Assembly (NCBI GenBank): GCA_040905565.1 | Contig: JBBDRF010000070.1 | Coordinates: 8,678 to 19,059 of the forward strand | Source: Phycisphaeraceae bacterium | GTDB taxonomy: Bacteria > Planctomycetota > Phycisphaerae > Phycisphaerales > Zrk34 | Direction of reading: 5' to 3' | Length of the DNA stretch: 10,382 nt | Part shown: positions 6,509 through 10,382 of the stretch, in pieces | How the letters are laid out: each line of letters starts with the position of its first letter | Numbering within the stretch: the stretch's first letter is position 1 | Made by a program: the position numbers and the translations under genes | The notes under the pieces: generated by a model | Seen by the model: only the letters and a program-made list of their open reading frames with translations | What the model was told of the DNA's origin: nothing | Databases searched by the model: none

Positions 6509-6551
6509 AGCATTTTTCCCGTATTAACCTGTTATTATAGAATCCGCCCCC

Positions 6552-7148
6552 TCAAACGCCCCTGCGACGCCTTTTGGCGAAGCGCGCCAGCTCCGCCGGG
6601 CTATTCGCCTGCACCGTCACCGGCCAATCGCTCGGCAACGCCACCGCCACTGCACCAACCTCCTCCAACATCCGCTGCATCGCCCGCCGTCCCTCCCGCA
6701 AACTGTCCCGCAGCCGCGCCGCCAGATCACGATGATACAACCCCGGAAACGGCTGCCATCGCCCCCCCTGTCCCCCTTCCACAAACGCCACCGCCCCGAC
6801 GCCCGCCTGCCGCGCCTCCAACAACCGCGTCACCCAATGCCGACGCAACTCGAGCAGATCGCAGGAAACCACCAGCTTCCAGGCCGGCCCCGGCTCCTCG
6901 AGCGCCCGCAGCAAGCCTCCCATCGGCCCCTGCCCGGGCTCGCGATCCGCCACCGTCTTCAACCCGAGGTCCGCGTAACGCTCCGCTCGATCCGCCACCA
7001 CGGTCACCGAAGCCGTCACAGGCCGAAGCTGCTCCGCCAGTCGCTTGATTAAAGGTTCCCCCTCCAGCAGCGCCCGCGCCTTGTCCGATCCGAATCGGCG
7101 CGATCGCCCCCCCGCAAGGATGCAACCGCCGGGCAACGGCTCATCCAT
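6552..7148 (-). CDS. mobA: Molybdenum cofactor guanylyltransferase (MobA-like NTP transferase, 198 aa)
   Basis: Motifs ILAGGRSRRFGSDKA, GPMGGL, VVSCDL, QPFPGLY and ANSPAEL. ATG 7148 overlaps the CMD gene end by 8 nt (ATGGATGA). Confidence 0.88.
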   Translation of the reverse strand: MDEPLPGGCILAGGRSRRFGSDKARALLEGEPLIKRLAEQLRPVTASVTVVADRAERYADLGLKTVADREPGQGPMGGLLRALEEPGPAWKLVVSCDLLELRRHWVTRLLEARQAGVGAVAFVEGGQGGRWQPFPGLYHRDLAARLRDSLREGRRAMQRMLEEVGAVAVALPSDWPVTVQANSPAELARFAKRRRRGV

Positions 7149-7548
7149 CCTCGCCACCCCCACCTGCCCCACCACCATCTCCCTCACCACCGTTCGCCTT
7201 CGTTTCCCGCTCAAACTGCACCTGCGCCCAGCTCCATGCTGCGACGGTCCGCGGAAAACCCACGGTATTCATCCCCAGCAGAATCGCCTGTTCGACCTCC
7301 TCCGTGCTTGCCCCCGCCTGCATCGCCCGACGCACATGCGACCGCACCGCCGATTCAAGCCCTGCCCCCAGACTGATGCCGATCTTCACCAGCGCACAAG
7401 CCTTGGCATCCATCGGCCCCAGGTTTTCAACCTCTCGCCCGACGCGTTGGTGGGCCTCGCCGAGCGTCGGGTATCGACTGACAAACGCTTTGAAGGTTTT
7501 CGGCAGCTTATCGGGCGAGCCGTCCTGCCCCTGATCCGGCTGACTCAT
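7141..7548 (-). CDS. Carboxymuconolactone decarboxylase (CMD/AhpD-like) family protein (135 aa)
   Basis: GPMDAKACALVKIGISLGAGLESAVRSHVRRAMQAGASTEEVEQAILL...GFP. GGGGAG SD lies before ATG 7548. No CxxC motif. Confidence 0.9.
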   Translation of the reverse strand: MSQPDQGQDGSPDKLPKTFKAFVSRYPTLGEAHQRVGREVENLGPMDAKACALVKIGISLGAGLESAVRSHVRRAMQAGASTEEVEQAILLGMNTVGFPRTVAAWSWAQVQFERETKANGGEGDGGGAGGGGEDG

Positions 7549-7603
7549 GTGACGCTCCCCCAGAAGGTTCGCTGAGGATGATTCGGCCCCTTCCCCCCGC
7601 GGC

Positions 7604-8311
7604 TCAGTCAGCGGGGGTCGCTGCGGGCGAAGCACTTTTCAGTAACGGCGCGTCCACCTGTGGCCGAACATGCGCCACCACCGTTTCGCCGCCGTAGATG
7701 TACTGCCCCTGCCGAACCTGAACGGTCACGCGGTCGGGATGAGGCAGGTAAACTTCGGTCGTTGAGCCGAACTTGATCATGCCGAACCGCTGCCCGCGCT
7801 GCAGGATGTCATGCTCCTGCACACCGGTCACGATGCGCCTGGCGATGGCTCCCGAAACCTGCCGCACCGCCGCCACGGGATAGTCGTGCGTCGGATGGCG
7901 CAGGACCACCGTCACCGATTCGTTCCGCTCCGCCGACTCGGCCTTCAGGGCATTAAGGTACTCGCCCGGTTTGTGCGTAATCGAGCTGATTCGCCCGTGC
8001 ATCGGCGCCCGGTTCACATGCACATCCAGCACCGACAGGAAAATCCGCACGCACACCGCAGGCCCGTCGAACGGCTCATAATGCTCAAGTGAATGAATCG
8101 AACTCACGCGACCATCCGCCGGTGCCACCACCTGCCCCCGCATCGTCGGCACACGCCGATCGGGATCGCGAAAAAACGCCATCAGCCCGCCGATCACGAT
8201 CAACAGTCCCGCGCCCACCAGCCACCATTGCAGCAGCAGCGAAGCGATAAACAACAGCGTCCCGACGCTGAGGATGATCGTGGTGTGCGGTTTGCCGTAG
8301 GAACTGAACAT
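7604..8311 (-). CDS. psd: Phosphatidylserine decarboxylase proenzyme (short membrane-anchored type)
   Basis: N-terminal TM segment, then FFRDPDR, APADGRV, IFLSVLDVHVNRAP, RNES, GAIARRI and GMIKFG/STTE (pyruvoyl self-cleavage site). Confidence 0.95.
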   Translation of the reverse strand: MFSSYGKPHTTIILSVGTLLFIASLLLQWWLVGAGLLIVIGGLMAFFRDPDRRVPTMRGQVVAPADGRVSSIHSLEHYEPFDGPAVCVRIFLSVLDVHVNRAPMHGRISSITHKPGEYLNALKAESAERNESVTVVLRHPTHDYPVAAVRQVSGAIARRIVTGVQEHDILQRGQRFGMIKFGSTTEVYLPHPDRVTVQVRQGQYIYGGETVVAHVRPQVDAPLLKSASPAATPAD

Positions 8312-8336
8312 CGCCGTCTCGGTGGGAAGAGTGATC

Positions 8337-8413
8337 GTTTGTTGATTTTAGATGGCTGATTGCGTGGAGGGGCGATGCGGTGAATCAGTCATCGACGTTC
8401 AGCAATCAGCAAT
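8337..8413. repeat. Inverted pair of degenerate 7-bp-period arrays forming a long imperfect hairpin
   Basis: Left units GTTTGTT GATTTTA GATGGCT GATTGCG; right units AATCAGT CATCGAC GTTCAGC AATCAGC AAT. 8339-8361 pairs with 8383-8405 at 20 of 23 positions (17 Watson-Crick plus 3 G-T). Confidence 0.75.
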
Positions 8414-8473
8414 GGCGACCGCGCACACCGCTGGCGCAACCGCCCCGCTGCTGTTCTGAGCTAGCTACATGGA

Positions 8474-9340
8474 TCAGCGTCGGCTGACGAACATGCCCAC
8501 AACGCCGAACACCACGCACAGTCCCGCCAGCGCGCCGTAGTACATGCCGTACTCGCCCTCGGCCAGCGTCGTCGCCAGCCCCGTCACGATGCCGCGCGTT
8601 CCGGGCAACGCCACCAGCAACCCGACAACCAGCACCACGAAAACGCCCGCAAGCATCCCCGCCGAGAAGCCGTCGCTGTCGCCGCTGTCATAGGCGACCG
8701 GCTGAAGCGCTTCGTCATCCATGCTGCCGCCGGCTGTGAACCCAGCCGCACTGGATTCGGCGCCGCCTGCCGCGTCAAAAATACCCGTCGAACTGCCCGC
8801 CAGCACATCCGACGACTCGCCCATCTTCGAATCCGAACTCAGCCCCGAATCGCTCGGCACGTCGTCCAGAAGCTCCACCGAACCCAGGCTCGTGTCGTCC
8901 GATTCCTGCGTCAGATCCAGAAGCCCCGAACCGCTGCCGATCGAGTCCAGCGACAGATCCGACGCGTCAGCGGTAAAGCTGTCGCTCATCTGCGTGCGTT
9001 CCGAAGCGTCGCCGCCGTCCTCCTCGTCATCGAGCAGGTTCAGCCCCGACGCCGTCGCGCTCGCAGGCGGACTCGGCTCAGAACCGGTGTCGGCCAAGTC
9101 AATCGTGTCCGACTTTTCGCCGACATTATCTTCAACGCCGATGATCCCACTATCATCATTAACGTCATTGGAGGCAGCCTCTGAAGCGGCGACCTTGTCC
9201 ACCTGGTCCACCTTGAACATCAGCTGGTCGCGATCGCGGAACTGCTGAAGCTTACCCGCCTCGACCATGGCCTTGACCTGCGCGTCGTCGCAGCCGAGCT
9301 TCTCAGCCGTTTCTTCCAGCGTGTAGAACATTTTCGACAT
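8474..9340 (-). CDS. Helix-turn-helix (MerR/Xis-like, HTH_17) protein with a long acidic linker and two C-terminal TM helices (288 aa)
   Basis: GGAGG SD before ATG 9340. N-terminus MSKMFYTLEETAEKLGCDDAQVKAMVEAGKLQQFRDRDQLMFKVDQV, a D/E/S/G-rich middle, and hydrophobic segments AGMLAGVFVVLVVGLLVAL and YYGALAGLCVVFGVVGMFV. Confidence 0.85.
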   Translation of the reverse strand: MSKMFYTLEETAEKLGCDDAQVKAMVEAGKLQQFRDRDQLMFKVDQVDKVAASEAASNDVNDDSGIIGVEDNVGEKSDTIDLADTGSEPSPPASATASGLNLLDDEEDGGDASERTQMSDSFTADASDLSLDSIGSGSGLLDLTQESDDTSLGSVELLDDVPSDSGLSSDSKMGESSDVLAGSSTGIFDAAGGAESSAAGFTAGGSMDDEALQPVAYDSGDSDGFSAGMLAGVFVVLVVGLLVALPGTRGIVTGLATTLAEGEYGMYYGALAGLCVVFGVVGMFVSRR

Positions 9341-9425
9341 CGATGAACCTCCGATGAACCGGTGCGATGGTCCTTGATTTGCAATACTATGATACGTTAC
9401 CCCGAGCCCGCGGATTTCACAAGCG

Positions 9426-10382
9426 ATGAATATGCCACTTCCTGCTTCCGCCTCCGCCGCCGACCCTGATGCCGCCACCCCGCGTGGCCGAGCCCGCGCG
9501 TTGCTGCACCCGCTCACGCTCGCCCTGCCCCGGCTGCCCGCCGCACTCGCCGGTCTCAGGCTGTTGCACGTCACGGACTTACATGTCCGCCGCCCGCGGC
9601 CCCGCTTCACCGATCTGCTGCGGACGCTCGAGCAAACGCCCGTCGACCTCCTCCTGCTCACCGGCGACTTCATGACCAGCCCGGGCGACGAAAAAGCAGC
9701 AGAGAAAATGCTCCGCGATCTACTCCAGGCCGCCCGAAGCCGCCTCGGCATCTTTGCAGTCTGGGGCAATCACGATACGCACGAGCTTCGCAACCGTTGC
9801 CACAACCTGCCGTTGCGTTGGCTGAACAATGATGCAGCCACGGTGCCGGATCTGCCGCTCACGCTCCTCGGCCTCTCCTGCGGTATCGACGAATGCCGCC
9901 AGCCCGAAGGTTGCCTCGACACCGCGCTCGCCGCTGCGAAAAACAACAGCCCCGCCGACCAGAGCGACCATGCCACCCTTCTACTTTCCCACGTGCCCTC
10001 CTGGCTCACCGAAGCCGCCCACGCCGACGTCTCGCTCATGCTCTCCGGCCACACGCACGGCGGCCAAATCCGCCTCCCGTTCCTCGGCCCGCTCCTCAAC
10101 ATGACCCCCAACTGGCCCCTCAGACTCAGCAGCGGCGTCCTCCGCCATCGCGATACCTACGCCGTCGTCAGCCGAGGCATCGGCGAATCCGTCCTCGACG
10201 GCCTACGCCTCCGCTGCCCACCCCACGCCCCCCTCATCACCCTCCAAAACGACCAGAACCCCACCCCCCCACTCAAAACCGCCCAAAACATCACCCCCTG
10301 GAAACCCCCCCACCTTCACGCCCCCCTACCACACACACCCCCGAAGCCCACGGCGTCCCGCCGTGGGTTCCCCCCCTCAAAA
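9426..10382 (+). CDS. Calcineurin-like metallophosphoesterase (YkuE/YaeI-like); no stop codon inside the window
   Basis: Translated by hand from ATG 9426/9432: LHVTDLH, LLTGDF, VWGNHD, LLSHVP, LSGHTHGGQIRLP, VSRGIG and RLRCPP, giving all five metallophosphoesterase motifs. It is absent from the ORF track because it has no stop. Confidence 0.93.
   Translation, partial: MNMPLPASASAADPDAATPRGRARALLHPLTLALPRLPAALAGLRLLHVTDLHVRRPRPRFTDLLRTLEQTPVDLLLLTGDFMTSPGDEKAAEKMLRDLLQAARSRLGIFAVWGNHDTHELRNRCHNLPLRWLNNDAATVPDLPLTLLGLSCGIDECRQPEGCLDTALAAAKNNSPADQSDHATLLLSHVPSWLTEAAHADVSLMLSGHTHGGQIRLPFLGPLLNMTPNWPLRLSSGVLRHRDTYAVVSRGIGESVLDGLRLRCPPHAPLITLQNDQNPTPPLKTAQNITPWKPPHLHAPLPHTPPKPTASRRGFPPSK
10344..10370. 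repeat. REP-like palindrome
   Basis: AG-CCCACGGCG-TCC-CGCCGTGGG-TT, a perfect 9-bp stem (10347-10355 / 10359-10367) with a 3-nt loop, next to the window end. Confidence 0.6.

Noticed and set aside
5693..7048. 451-aa Pro/Arg-rich plus-strand ORF
   Set aside because: It overlaps two well-supported minus-strand genes and a promoter, and has low-complexity shadow composition.
7144..7195. Gly-rich G-run tail of the CMD protein as a G-quadruplex or frameshift
   Set aside because: It is explained by a low-complexity C-terminal tail. Both the CMD and MobA domains are intact in their own frames.
3382..8413. CRISPR array or DGR/retron interpretation of the short repeats
   Set aside because: There are no 23-47-nt repeats with unique spacers, no reverse transcriptase and no template/variable repeat pair.
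9341..9769. N-terminal extension of the HTH protein given by the ORF track (431 aa)
   Set aside because: It overlaps the metallophosphoesterase on the other strand, and a GGAGG SD supports ATG 9340.
2384..10382. Anti-phage island suggested by WYL plus DHH nuclease plus metallophosphoesterase
   Set aside because: The genes are in separate transcription units among housekeeping genes, and no BREX, CBASS, restriction-modification, toxin or Cas genes are present.

Overview
GC-rich bacterial DNA with a gene content typical of Planctomycetota, most likely Phycisphaerae (inferred from two PEP-CTERM-type proteins, a [10 protein letters not shown] prepilin-like protein and an HTH/acidic-linker/2-TM protein). 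Gene order: PEP-CTERM protein (-), divergent from a prepilin-type protein (+); dtd and a translationally coupled HTH-WYL regulator (-), divergent from ribF-nrnA (+); a REP-like inverted pair, poly-C tract and terminator; a choice-of-anchor-E-like PEP-CTERM-variant protein (-); a minus-strand run of HTH membrane protein, psd, CMD-family gene and mobA; and a calcineurin-like metallophosphoesterase (+) that runs off the end and is missing from the ORF track. I see no rRNA, tRNA, CRISPR array, transposase or recognisable defence system. The window is mostly housekeeping. The best leads are the WYL-dtd coupling with a motif-variant DTD, two degenerate 7-bp-period arrays (one forming a long inverted repeat), an apparently circularly permuted jelly-roll in the first PEP-CTERM protein, the membrane-tethered HTH protein, and REP-like elements. 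All family calls come from reading motifs by eye; no searches were run.
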